In this document: positions 26,337-35,358 of the stretch, piece by piece
Layout: each line of letters begins with the position of its first letter
Position numbering within the stretch: position 1 is the stretch's first letter
Assembly (NCBI GenBank): GCA_044342325.1
Contig: JBIIPZ010000011.1
Span: 12,253-76,252, forward strand
Origin: Terrimicrobiaceae bacterium
GTDB lineage: Bacteria > Verrucomicrobiota > Verrucomicrobiia > Chthoniobacterales > Terrimicrobiaceae
Reading direction: 5' to 3'
Length of the DNA stretch: 64,000 nt
Notes under the pieces: model-generated
The model's database searches: none
Told to the model about the DNA's origin: nothing
Seen by the model: only the letters and a program-made list of their open reading frames with translations
Translations under genes and position numbers: made by a program

Positions 26337-27680
26337 ATGATGACATTAGATTCCACCCTCTGGACACGGATTTCCAAGCGGATCAGGGAGCGCGTGAGCG
26401 CCGATGGATTTGAGCGCTGGTTCTCCGGCATTCAAATTGCCTCTTTCGCCGACAATGTCCTGACGCTTTCGGTTCCGAATCCGATCCACCAATTTTTTAT
26501 CGAGAGCAATTATCTCCCGATTGTAAAAGAGGCAGTGCTTGAAGAAATGCCCGGGATGACTTCGATACAGCTCCAAAGCGCGGGAGAGGCCGAGATGCCC
26601 GCCCGCCCAGCACCTGCTGCCGCAAAGCCCGCCAAGGAAAAGCCCGCTGGAGCGCAGTTGCAGGGCCTGAACCCTCGCAACCGGTTCGATTCTTTTGTCG
26701 TCGGCACGAACAACGAGTTCGCGCACTCGGCCGCCCTCGCGGTAGCCAATTCTCCGGCCATTACCTATAATCCGCTCTTCGTTTACGGCGTGAGCGGTCT
26801 GGGAAAAACCCACCTCCTGCACGCCATCGGCCACCATGTGCTCGCCAAGGGCAAGGCGTCGAAGATCGTTTATCTCTCGAGCGAGCAGTTCACGAACGAG
26901 TTCATCGATGCGATTCAGCACGGGACGCTGGTGAAATTCCGCAAAAAATACCGTCAGGCGGATGTTCTATTGATCGACGACATTCAATTTTTTGCCGGCA
27001 AAGAACGCAGCCAGGAGGAATTTTTCCATACCTTCAACGCGCTTCACGACGCCCACAAACAAATCGTCCTCTCGAGCGACCGCCCGGCCAGCGAAATCGA
27101 AAAGCTCGAGCAACGCCTTGTTTCCCGCTTCGAGTGGGGCATGACGGCGGAAATCCAGCCGCCTGACACCGAGACACGTATCGCGATCCTTCGCAGCAAG
27201 GCGGCAAGCCTGAACCTCACCCTCGAGCCATGGATCATGGAATTTCTGGCCGACAAGATTCGTAACAATGTGCGGCGCCTCGAAGGAGCCCTCATGCGCG
27301 TAGCATCCTACAAATCATTGAGCGATCGAGAGATCACGCGCGACGTCATCGAGAATCTTCTGCGCGATATTTTCCAAGAGCAGGCCAAGAAAGCGGTCAC
27401 GATCGACCAAATCCAGCGCTGTGTGGCCGAGCATTTCGATGTGCGCATTGCGGACATGAGCAGCAAACGCCGCCCCGCCAACATCGCTCTGGCCCGTCAA
27501 TATGCCATGTATCTGAGCCGCCAGCACACCAGCATGCCGCTCACGGACATCGGAGATGCCTTCGGCGGCCGGGATCACGGCACCGTCATTCATGCCTGCA
27601 AATTGATCAAGCAGCGCATGGAGGACGATGAAAAGACACGTCAGATCGTCAGCCTGCTAGACAGCAAGCTGCAGCGCTGA
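26337..27680 (+). CDS. dnaA: Chromosomal replication initiator DnaA
   Basis: FVVGTNN, YNPLFVYGVSGLGKTHLL, LLIDDIQF, SRFEWG, NVRRLEGAL, FGGRDHGTVIHA. Confidence 0.98.
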   Translation: MMTLDSTLWTRISKRIRERVSADGFERWFSGIQIASFADNVLTLSVPNPIHQFFIESNYLPIVKEAVLEEMPGMTSIQLQSAGEAEMPARPAPAAAKPAKEKPAGAQLQGLNPRNRFDSFVVGTNNEFAHSAALAVANSPAITYNPLFVYGVSGLGKTHLLHAIGHHVLAKGKASKIVYLSSEQFTNEFIDAIQHGTLVKFRKKYRQADVLLIDDIQFFAGKERSQEEFFHTFNALHDAHKQIVLSSDRPASEIEKLEQRLVSRFEWGMTAEIQPPDTETRIAILRSKAASLNLTLEPWIMEFLADKIRNNVRRLEGALMRVASYKSLSDREITRDVIENLLRDIFQEQAKKAVTIDQIQRCVAEHFDVRIADMSSKRRPANIALARQYAMYLSRQHTSMPLTDIGDAFGGRDHGTVIHACKLIKQRMEDDEKTRQIVSLLDSKLQR

Positions 27681-27734
27681 TTTGCGCCCATCGGAGCTGG
27701 ATTTTCCAAGCAGACCCAAGGCCTGAAACATCGC

Positions 27735-28274
27735 ATGGATATTGTTTATTTCGACCTTGAGACCCAGCGGACGGCGAACGATGTCGGGGGCTGGGATAAA
27801 AAGCACGAAATGGGGATGTCACTCGGCGTGACCTACAGCTCGCGGGACAATTGCTACGAGATTTTCGGCGAGGACCGCGCCGAGCATCTGGTAAAGCGCC
27901 TGCAGAGGGCAGACCTCGTCGTGGGCTTCAACCATGTGCGCTTTGATTACGATGTGCTCATGGCCTACACGATCCTCGACCTGCGGGAGAACCTTGTTTC
28001 CTTCGACATCCTGCAAGATGTTGAGCGCATCGCAGGCCACCGCCTCAAGCTTGAAGACATCGCCCAAGCCACACTCGGCGTCGGGAAGACAGCCGACGGC
28101 CTCGACGCGATCCGCTGGTGGCGCGAAGGCAAGATTCTCGAGATCGCGAAATACTGCTGCTTCGATGTGAAGGTGACCCGCCTTGTCCATGAATACGGGG
28201 CCGCGAACAAAAAAATCTTTTTCAACGACCGCTTCGGCCGCAAGAACTGCCTCGAGGTGGATTGGAGCCTATGA
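27735..28274 (+). CDS. RNase H-like/DEDD exonuclease domain protein (YprB/MrfB-like)
   Basis: FDLET, GFNHVRFD, YCCFDV acidic motifs. Confidence 0.8.
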   Translation: MDIVYFDLETQRTANDVGGWDKKHEMGMSLGVTYSSRDNCYEIFGEDRAEHLVKRLQRADLVVGFNHVRFDYDVLMAYTILDLRENLVSFDILQDVERIAGHRLKLEDIAQATLGVGKTADGLDAIRWWREGKILEIAKYCCFDVKVTRLVHEYGAANKKIFFNDRFGRKNCLEVDWSL

Positions 28275-29539
28275 TCCAGGCCCTCAAAACACCGCGCAAC
28301 ACCTGGCATCTGCACTGGCTGGATCTCGAAGAGCCCGTTCCAAGCGGAGCAGACTGGTTTTTGCCCACGCTGGTTGTCATCTGCGACCGCACCGGGGCAC
28401 CGATCGCACCGCCTGAGCTGATGGAGGAACTCGACCAGGCGCGCATTGAAAATCTTCTTTATCGAATTCTAGATAAAACTCCCCCACCCGATCAGCTCCT
28501 GATTCCGCAGAACCCGGATTGGGAGGAGGAGGACTGGCGAGCCTTCTCGGCGGAGTCGAAAATCAACATCCGCTTCACGCCGGCGACGAAGGCTATTTCG
28601 GAAGAACTCCAAGCCGTCACCAGCCTGCTCGTGCTGCGAAACGGCCGCCCGGAACAAGCCCTGCCCGCGCCGCGCGATGTCGCTGCAGGCCTCGTCCGCA
28701 CCGCCCTGCGCCTGCGTTCCCAGTCAAAGAAGCAAGCGCTCCTGCGCCTCGCCTTGGAGCGGGATCCAGACTGCTCCCCAGCGCGCATCGAGTTGGCGGA
28801 TGTGGAATTCAGCGCCGGAAACTGGAAGGCTTGCGGCGATGCCTACGACGAGATCATCCGACGCGATGCAGACCTCCGAAACCATCCGAAGACAATCTGG
28901 TGGAAAGACCACGCGACCCGTCCCTACTTGCGCGCCATCTATGGCCGGGCCATGACGAACTGGCATCTCGGTCATTTCACCGAAGCCAGCGCCGGGCTCG
29001 AGGATCTCCTGGCTTGCAATCCCGCCGACAACCAAGGCACCCGGTTTTTTATCCCCATGCTCCACCTGCTGGCAGAAGCTCCAGACAAAGCGGCGAAATT
29101 TTTTGCACGCTACGAGCAGGACTATCCGTCCGACTTCAAGGAACCGTCTTTCATTTTCGGGTGGGCACTCAGTTGCTCGCTGGAGAGCCGCGAGAGCGAG
29201 GCGAGAGAGAAATACATTGAGGCCATGCTGCGAAACATCTACATCGCCCCGATGCTGCTCGAAACTCCGGAGCCGCCGAAAAACTTGTGGTTCGCCAACG
29301 ACCGTGCCGAACCCACCTATGCTGCCGATTTTATCCAGAGCTACGCCGTGCTCTGGGACCGTGAACCCGGAGCACTCCGTCTCCTGCGCGAGGTCTGGCA
29401 GGAAATTCAGCCGCGCATCGAAAAAATCATTCGCCAACGCGAGAACATGCTCGACCTACAAGACCAGCGCTACGATCCGGATTTCAAAACCAAATGGCAG
29501 AACCTCGCCAACGACGAGGAGAAGCTCACGACGCCGTGA
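28271..29539 (+). CDS. TPR-containing hypothetical protein
   Basis: ATGA overlap with upstream gene; TRPYLRA...LLACNPADNQGTRF helical-repeat motif. Confidence 0.7.
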   Translation: MIQALKTPRNTWHLHWLDLEEPVPSGADWFLPTLVVICDRTGAPIAPPELMEELDQARIENLLYRILDKTPPPDQLLIPQNPDWEEEDWRAFSAESKINIRFTPATKAISEELQAVTSLLVLRNGRPEQALPAPRDVAAGLVRTALRLRSQSKKQALLRLALERDPDCSPARIELADVEFSAGNWKACGDAYDEIIRRDADLRNHPKTIWWKDHATRPYLRAIYGRAMTNWHLGHFTEASAGLEDLLACNPADNQGTRFFIPMLHLLAEAPDKAAKFFARYEQDYPSDFKEPSFIFGWALSCSLESRESEAREKYIEAMLRNIYIAPMLLETPEPPKNLWFANDRAEPTYAADFIQSYAVLWDREPGALRLLREVWQEIQPRIEKIIRQRENMLDLQDQRYDPDFKTKWQNLANDEEKLTTP

Positions 29540-30510
29540 TCACGGCGGGAGCCTTCCTGCGCGACCTCCAGAACGAACTGGGCGGCTCAATCCCCTTTGA
29601 GCGCTTCATGCAAGCGGCACTCTACCATCCCGCCTTCGGCTACTACTCCGCGCGCATACACACCGTAGGACGGCGGGGAGACTTCTCGACCATGGCCACG
29701 CTCGACCGCTCGCTGGCGCAGGGAATCGCCTCGTGGATTGAAAAACACAGCGCCCGCGATGTCATTGAAATCGGTGCCGGCAGTGGGCAACTCGCCCACG
29801 ACATCCTAACCTCCCTCGGGTGGTGGAAACGCCTCCGCCTCCGCTACCACATTGTCGAAGTTTCCACACCGCTCCGCGAGGCACAGAAAAAATTCCTGCG
29901 AGGCCGGCGTGTCACATGGCACGAGAGTCTTCCGACCGCTCTGGATCAACTCGGCGGGTGCGCCCACATTTTTTCCAATGAACTTGTGGACGCTTTTCCC
30001 TGCCGGGTTTTCGAGCGCACCGAGACGGACTGGCAGGAACTCCATGTGCGCATCGAGGGCGGGAGGTGCAACGAAATCCTACGCCCCTGCACAATCCCGG
30101 AGTCCACGGTTTTCCATCAACCCTTCCAAGCTGGCCAGCGTGTGGAGGTGCATGAGTCCTACCGCGACTGGCTTCGGGACTGGGCCCCGAAATGGAAATC
30201 CGGCGCCATGCTCACAATCGACTACGGAGACACCATGCCGGCGCTCTATCACAGACGACCGGCAGGCAGCCTGCGCGGCTACGCGGCCCATCAAGTCCTC
30301 ACAGGCACAGACATCTACCAAGCGCCCGGTCGTTGCGATCTCACGGCAGATGTGAATTTTTCCGACCTCGAAACCCGGGGCGATCAACAGGGGTGGCACC
30401 GCCTCTCGCATTCGACTCTTGCCGATTTCCTCGCACCGAACCTCCCCACCCGCTTCCAAGCTGCGGCAGAGGCATTCCGCGTGCTCGAGCAGTCGCTCGG
30501 CCGTGCCTGA
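29536..30510 (+). CDS. SAM-dependent methyltransferase, MidA/NDUFAF7 family
   Basis: FMQAALYHP..GYY, GDFST, EIGAGSG, SNELVDAFP, IDYG, DLTADVNF; GTG start overlaps upstream TGA. Confidence 0.88.
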   Translation: MITAGAFLRDLQNELGGSIPFERFMQAALYHPAFGYYSARIHTVGRRGDFSTMATLDRSLAQGIASWIEKHSARDVIEIGAGSGQLAHDILTSLGWWKRLRLRYHIVEVSTPLREAQKKFLRGRRVTWHESLPTALDQLGGCAHIFSNELVDAFPCRVFERTETDWQELHVRIEGGRCNEILRPCTIPESTVFHQPFQAGQRVEVHESYRDWLRDWAPKWKSGAMLTIDYGDTMPALYHRRPAGSLRGYAAHQVLTGTDIYQAPGRCDLTADVNFSDLETRGDQQGWHRLSHSTLADFLAPNLPTRFQAAAEAFRVLEQSLGRA

Positions 30511-30661
30511 CTGAAAAAAATCAGCGCACACGCCTCTTTTGGGTTGCCTCGTTTCGAGCGTCTGATAGAACAACCGCTCTTCGAAATCGGGAAGGCGCAC
30601 TGCCGAGTGATCGGTCCCGCCATCGCACTCCTGAATTCGAAGCCGACTTGCTCGAAGAACC

Positions 30662-31522
30662 ATGCCGTTTTCTACTATTTTAGCAGCCGCAATCACACTT
30701 GATGCACCGACAATTTTCCCGTCATCGCAGGGAGAACCATTCATTGAGTGGCTGTCGAATTCCATTTTCGTTAGTGCCGTCGTAGCGACCTTCATCATCT
30801 GGTTCGCACGCAAAGCAACCAAAAATATGACCGTCGTTCCGGGGCCGACGCAGAATTTTTTTGAAGGGGTCGTTCAGGGTCTCTACGACCTCATCGAAAG
30901 CATCGTGGGCGGGCATATGGTGGCGCGGGTTTTTTCCCTGCTGGCAACATTGTTCATCTTCATCATTGTCTCAAACTGGTTCGCGCTCATGCCTGGAGTG
31001 GGCTCCATAGGCTGGGGCCAACCAAGTAACTATGGCTTCGAGGTTACAGCACCTCTTCTGCGGCCGACGACTGCGGATATGAACATGACTTTGGCCATGG
31101 CAGTCGTATTCATGTTTTTCTGGCTCTACTGGTCCATTGGTGAAGTCGGGTTAAAAGGTTTTCTCAGCCACATCTTCGGCGTCAAAGGAGGCCTCACTGG
31201 ATTCATGGCTATTGCTTTGATTCCGATTTTCCTCTTCGTCGGCCTGATAGAAGTTGTGTCCATGGCCTTTCGCCCCGTCTCGCTTTCGTTGCGACTGTTC
31301 GGAAACGTCTTTGCGGGCGAAAACCTGCTGACGACCATGATCACTCTTGGCAAGAGCCTAGGCTTGCCGGAGTGGATGGCCTACGTCAGCTCGATAACGG
31401 TTCCCATTCCGTTTTATTTCTTGGAAATTTTGATTGGGCTCTTACAGGCGACAGTCTTTATGCTCCTCTGCTCCGTTTACATCCAACTTTCCACTTCGCA
31501 TGACGAAGAGGAGGGGCACTGA
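30662..31522 (+). CDS. atpB: F0F1 ATP synthase subunit a
   Basis: QNFFE, PTTADMN, RPVSLSLRLFGN, LQATVF. Confidence 0.95.
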   Translation: MPFSTILAAAITLDAPTIFPSSQGEPFIEWLSNSIFVSAVVATFIIWFARKATKNMTVVPGPTQNFFEGVVQGLYDLIESIVGGHMVARVFSLLATLFIFIIVSNWFALMPGVGSIGWGQPSNYGFEVTAPLLRPTTADMNMTLAMAVVFMFFWLYWSIGEVGLKGFLSHIFGVKGGLTGFMAIALIPIFLFVGLIEVVSMAFRPVSLSLRLFGNVFAGENLLTTMITLGKSLGLPEWMAYVSSITVPIPFYFLEILIGLLQATVFMLLCSVYIQLSTSHDEEEGH

Positions 31523-31597
31523 TTTTTAACACTTTTTCCACCGGGACCGTGGCAAAGACTGCGGGCGGCGGAGAAAAAACCAATAGGAAACAATAAA

Positions 31598-31840
31598 ATG
31601 ATACCACAACTCATCGCAGAAGCGGCTGCTACAGCCGGAGGAATCACAGGCAGCTTCACCCTCGCCATCGCTGGCTCGGCAGCAGCCATCGGCATCGGAA
31701 TGATCGGCTCCAAAGCCGTTGAAGCCGTCGGACGCAACCCAAATGCTTCCGGAAAAGTTCTGACTCTGAGCATTATCGGAATGGCTCTCGCAGAGGCCAT
31801 CGCGATTTACGCTCTCATCCTCGCCTTCCAAGGCCGCTAA
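31598..31840 (+). CDS. atpE: F0F1 ATP synthase subunit c (probably H+-coupled)
   Basis: Two TM helices, RNP loop, ALAEAIAIY carboxylate followed by Ala rather than Ser/Thr. Confidence 0.95.
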   Translation: MIPQLIAEAAATAGGITGSFTLAIAGSAAAIGIGMIGSKAVEAVGRNPNASGKVLTLSIIGMALAEAIAIYALILAFQGR

Positions 31841-31848
31841 TGTTTCAC

Positions 31849-31879
31849 CCGGAACCGTCCGTCAGTCGGGCGGTTCCGG
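31849..31879 (+). other. Intra-operon hairpin after atpE (mRNA stabiliser or partial terminator)
   Basis: ccggaaccgtcc...gggcggttccgg stem. Confidence 0.55.
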
Positions 31880-31916
31880 AAAACCATTTTTAAACCAAAA
31901 ACCAGCCCTTTTTTTA

Positions 31917-32417
31917 ATGGATCAGCTCCTCACTCAGTTCGGTATTGCTTGGCCTAAGTTCCTCGCGCAAGTCATTTTGTTTTTGATTGTGTATGCGATC
32001 CTCAGGAAGTTCGCCTTCGGACCGATCATCGCCATTTTCGAGCAGCGCCGCCGCACGATCGAAGAGGGACAGTCGAACGCCGAGAAAATCAAGAAACAAC
32101 TCGCCGAATCCGAAATCCGCTGCCAGGAAATCCTCCGCAAAGCGAACAGCGACGCCCAGCGCATCATCGACGAAGCCCGTGCATCGAGCGAAGCCTCGAC
32201 TCAGAAACACATCCAGCAAGCTGTCAAAGACGCCGAGAATATCATCGTCAAAGCCAACGAGAGCGTTTCTCTGGAGCGCGCCCGCATGGTAGCCGAGGTC
32301 AAATCAGAAATGGTTCATCTCGTTGTAGACACCACAGCCAAAGTCGTCGGTAAAGTCCTGACCGAAGCCGACCAAGAGCGCCTCGCCAGCGAGACCTCGA
32401 AACAACTCGCCGCCTGA
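31917..32417 (+). CDS. atpF: ATP synthase subunit b
   Basis: N-terminal TM, PI...EQRRRTI, long coiled coil; operon position. Confidence 0.93.
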   Translation: MDQLLTQFGIAWPKFLAQVILFLIVYAILRKFAFGPIIAIFEQRRRTIEEGQSNAEKIKKQLAESEIRCQEILRKANSDAQRIIDEARASSEASTQKHIQQAVKDAENIIVKANESVSLERARMVAEVKSEMVHLVVDTTAKVVGKVLTEADQERLASETSKQLAA

Positions 32418-32427
32418 TCCTCTCGCC

Positions 32428-32814
32428 ATGAAACTCAGCCGGGAAGCACGCCGCCAATCCAAGGAACTTTTCGACCTGTCCATCGTGGACGGCCGACTCG
32501 ATGAAAACCGCTTGCGCACGATCGCCACGGAAATCGTCGAGAAAAAGCCTCGCCACTATGTGCAGATGCTGAAATTCATAACCCACCTCACCCGCCTGGA
32601 AGTCGCACGCCACCATGCTGTTGTTGAGAGCGCAACACAACTCTCGGATGAAAAACGCAGCGAGATTTCATCCAATCTCGCCACTAAATTCGGCAAAATC
32701 ACAACAGAGTTCCGCCACGCACCCAGCCTAATCGGCGGCCTTCGCGTGAAACTCGGTAGCAATGTCTGGGATGGCAGCATCCAATCCCGCCTCGAAACAC
32801 TTAAACAATCCTGA
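32428..32814 (+). CDS. atpH: ATP synthase subunit delta (short form)
   Basis: 128 aa; [20 protein letters not shown]. Confidence 0.92.
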   Translation: MKLSREARRQSKELFDLSIVDGRLDENRLRTIATEIVEKKPRHYVQMLKFITHLTRLEVARHHAVVESATQLSDEKRSEISSNLATKFGKITTEFRHAPSLIGGLRVKLGSNVWDGSIQSRLETLKQS

Positions 32815-32827
32815 TCCAACCACTCAC

Positions 32828-34366
32828 ATGAGCAACATCGTCCTCGAACTCGAAGAAAAAATCAGCGCGGTCAAAAGCAATGCCGCCCGCCAAACAAACG
32901 TGGGAACCGTCCGTGAAATCGGCGACGGTATCGCCCGCGTCGAAGGCCTCAGCGCAGTTAAACTCAATGAAATGGTTGAGTTTCCGAATGGAATCACAGG
33001 AATTGCCCTGAACCTCGAGGAAACAGAAGTCGGCGTCATCGTGCTCGGCGACTACACAAAGGTCAGCGAAGGTGCCGAAGTCAAGACCACCGGCAAGCTC
33101 CTCTCCGTTCCCGTAGGAAAAGGCCTCCTCGGCCGCGTGGTGGACGCCCTCGGACGCCCGATCGACGGCAAGGGCCCGATCCCGCACGACACCTCCTACC
33201 CTGTTGAAAAAATCGCCCCGGGCATCATCAAACGCCGCTCGGTCAGCCAACCCGTGCAAACAGGCATCATGAGCGTTGACGCTATGATTCCCGTCGGTCG
33301 CGGTCAGCGCGAACTCATCATCGGCGATCGCGCCACCGGAAAAACGACGATTGCGATTGATACAATTATCAATCAGGCAAAAATCAACCGCGCCGCCGAA
33401 GAAAGCGGTGACCCGAATTTCCGCCCTCTCTATTCCATCTATGTTGGAATCGGACAGAAAAATGCGAATATCGCCCGTGTTGTCAGCACATTAGAAGCGA
33501 ACGACGCGTTGAAATACACCATCATCGTCGCTGCTACTGCATCTGACCCAGCTGCCGACCTCTACATCGCTCCGTTCTCAGGCGCAGCCATGGGTGAGTG
33601 GTTCATGGACAATGGCATGGACGCTCTCATTGTTTTTGACGACCTCACAAAGCACGCGAACGCCTACCGTCAGATCTCCCTTCTCCTCAAACGCCCATCC
33701 GGCCGCGAAGCCTATCCCGGCGATGTGTTCTATCTCCACAGCCGTCTGCTCGAGCGCTCGGCTCGTCTTTCCGAGGAGGCCGGCGATGGATCCCTCACTG
33801 CTCTTCCGATCATCGAGACCCAAGCAGGTGACGTTTCGGCCTACATTCCGACGAACGTCATTTCGATCACGGACGGTCAGATTTACCTCGAGACCGACCT
33901 TTTCTATCAAGGCATCCGCCCAGCCATCTCAGTCGGTCTCTCGGTGTCCCGCGTGGGATCCGCAGCACAGATCAAGGCGATGAAGCAAGTTGCCGGTAAG
34001 ATTAAGGGTGACCTCGCCCAATATCGTGAACTCGCCGCTTTTGCGCAGTTCGGATCCGATTTGGACGCTAAAACAAAGTCCACCCTCGAGCGTGGCGCCC
34101 GCATCGTCGAATTGTTCAAGCAGTCGCAATACAATCCGATCTCCGTTGAAATGCAGGCCATCATCCTCTGGTCCATGCAGAAAGGACTCTTCGACCCCGT
34201 TGCCGTCGATAAAGTCAAAGCCACGCAGAACAAGTTTGTCGAGTTCATCGAAACACGCAAAGCGTCTCTTCTTGAGAAAGTTGGCAAGAAGCGCATGTTC
34301 GACGAAGAGGTCGAGAAGGAACTCAAGGCCGCCCTTGAGGAATTCAAGTCCTTCAACACCCTGTAA
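32828..34366 (+). CDS. atpA: ATP synthase subunit alpha
   Basis: [48 protein letters not shown]. Confidence 0.98.
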   Translation: MSNIVLELEEKISAVKSNAARQTNVGTVREIGDGIARVEGLSAVKLNEMVEFPNGITGIALNLEETEVGVIVLGDYTKVSEGAEVKTTGKLLSVPVGKGLLGRVVDALGRPIDGKGPIPHDTSYPVEKIAPGIIKRRSVSQPVQTGIMSVDAMIPVGRGQRELIIGDRATGKTTIAIDTIINQAKINRAAEESGDPNFRPLYSIYVGIGQKNANIARVVSTLEANDALKYTIIVAATASDPAADLYIAPFSGAAMGEWFMDNGMDALIVFDDLTKHANAYRQISLLLKRPSGREAYPGDVFYLHSRLLERSARLSEEAGDGSLTALPIIETQAGDVSAYIPTNVISITDGQIYLETDLFYQGIRPAISVGLSVSRVGSAAQIKAMKQVAGKIKGDLAQYRELAAFAQFGSDLDAKTKSTLERGARIVELFKQSQYNPISVEMQAIILWSMQKGLFDPVAVDKVKATQNKFVEFIETRKASLLEKVGKKRMFDEEVEKELKAALEEFKSFNTL

Positions 34367-34372
34367 AAAACC

Positions 34373-35239
34373 ATGGCCAACCTTCGCGACATCCGCCGAC
34401 GCATCAAGTCGGTCAAAAACACCGCGCAGATCACCAAGGCCATGCAGATGGTCGCGGCATCCAAGATGCGCAAAGCTCAGCAAGCCGCGCTCAGTGGCCG
34501 CGACTACGCCCAACTCCTCAACCGAGTCATCGTATCAGTCCGCGACGCTGTAGAGCATTCCCTGCACCCGCTCCTTCAAAAAAGAGATGGCAACAAGGAA
34601 CTTGTCATTCTCATGACCACGGACAAAGGCCTCTGCGGAGCCCTGAATACAAACGTTCTCCGTGAAGCCATGGCATTTGATCCCGCTGTGACACAGTTCG
34701 TGAGCATTGGTCGAAAAGGCACGCAATTCCTCGCCCGCACCAAGCGCAACATGGTCGCCGACTTTCCCCTCGCCGAGCGCCCAACCTTCGCCCAATGCAA
34801 ACAAATCTCGAAATTCTGCATCGAGAAGTTTCTCGACGGCACGGTGGACAAAGTGACGATTCTTTACCCGCGCTTCGTCAATACCCTCTCGCAGGTTCCG
34901 ACGGCGCTGCCCATTCTGCCGATCACCAGCCTCGATGAAGCGGGCCTGAAGAGCACCTACGAACCCCTTCCGGCAATCGAGGGCGGCATGACATTCGAGC
35001 CAGACGCCACGTCGGTCCTCAATGCCATCCTGCCAGCTTACATTCACTTCATCGTTTACCAAACGCAACTCGGCACCCGCGCCTCAGAGCAGAGCGCCCG
35101 CATGGTCGCCATGAAAAGCGCCACCGACAACGCCAAGAGCCTCGTCAAGGATCTCACCCTCGAATACAACAAAGCCCGTCAGGCCAGTATCACGAACGAG
35201 ATTCTCGAAATCGCCACGGCCCAGTTGGCTCTCGGGTAA
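34373..35239 (+). CDS. atpG: ATP synthase subunit gamma
   Basis: IKSVKNTAQITKAMQMVAASK, DKGLCG, SARMVAM, RQASITNEI. Confidence 0.97.
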   Translation: MANLRDIRRRIKSVKNTAQITKAMQMVAASKMRKAQQAALSGRDYAQLLNRVIVSVRDAVEHSLHPLLQKRDGNKELVILMTTDKGLCGALNTNVLREAMAFDPAVTQFVSIGRKGTQFLARTKRNMVADFPLAERPTFAQCKQISKFCIEKFLDGTVDKVTILYPRFVNTLSQVPTALPILPITSLDEAGLKSTYEPLPAIEGGMTFEPDATSVLNAILPAYIHFIVYQTQLGTRASEQSARMVAMKSATDNAKSLVKDLTLEYNKARQASITNEILEIATAQLALG

Positions 35240-35252
35240 AAATCCATCAAAC

Positions 35253-35296
35253 AGAGGCTGCCCGTTCTCTTACAGGAATCGGCAGCCTCTTTTTTT
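35253..35296 (+). terminator. Rho-independent terminator after atpG
   Basis: AGAGGCTGCC...GGCAGCCTCT stem followed by a T tract. Confidence 0.85.
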
Positions 35297-35358
35297 ACAC
35301 CGCTCCGGTAGTGGCATTGCAGTTCAGCGACCCACAGGGACAGGACGTTTGCGCCCTC

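Noticed and set aside
30662..35239. Na+-translocating N-ATPase
   Set aside because: Gene order is F-type with a separate delta, there are no atpQ/atpR genes, and the c subunit lacks the E-S/T sodium signature
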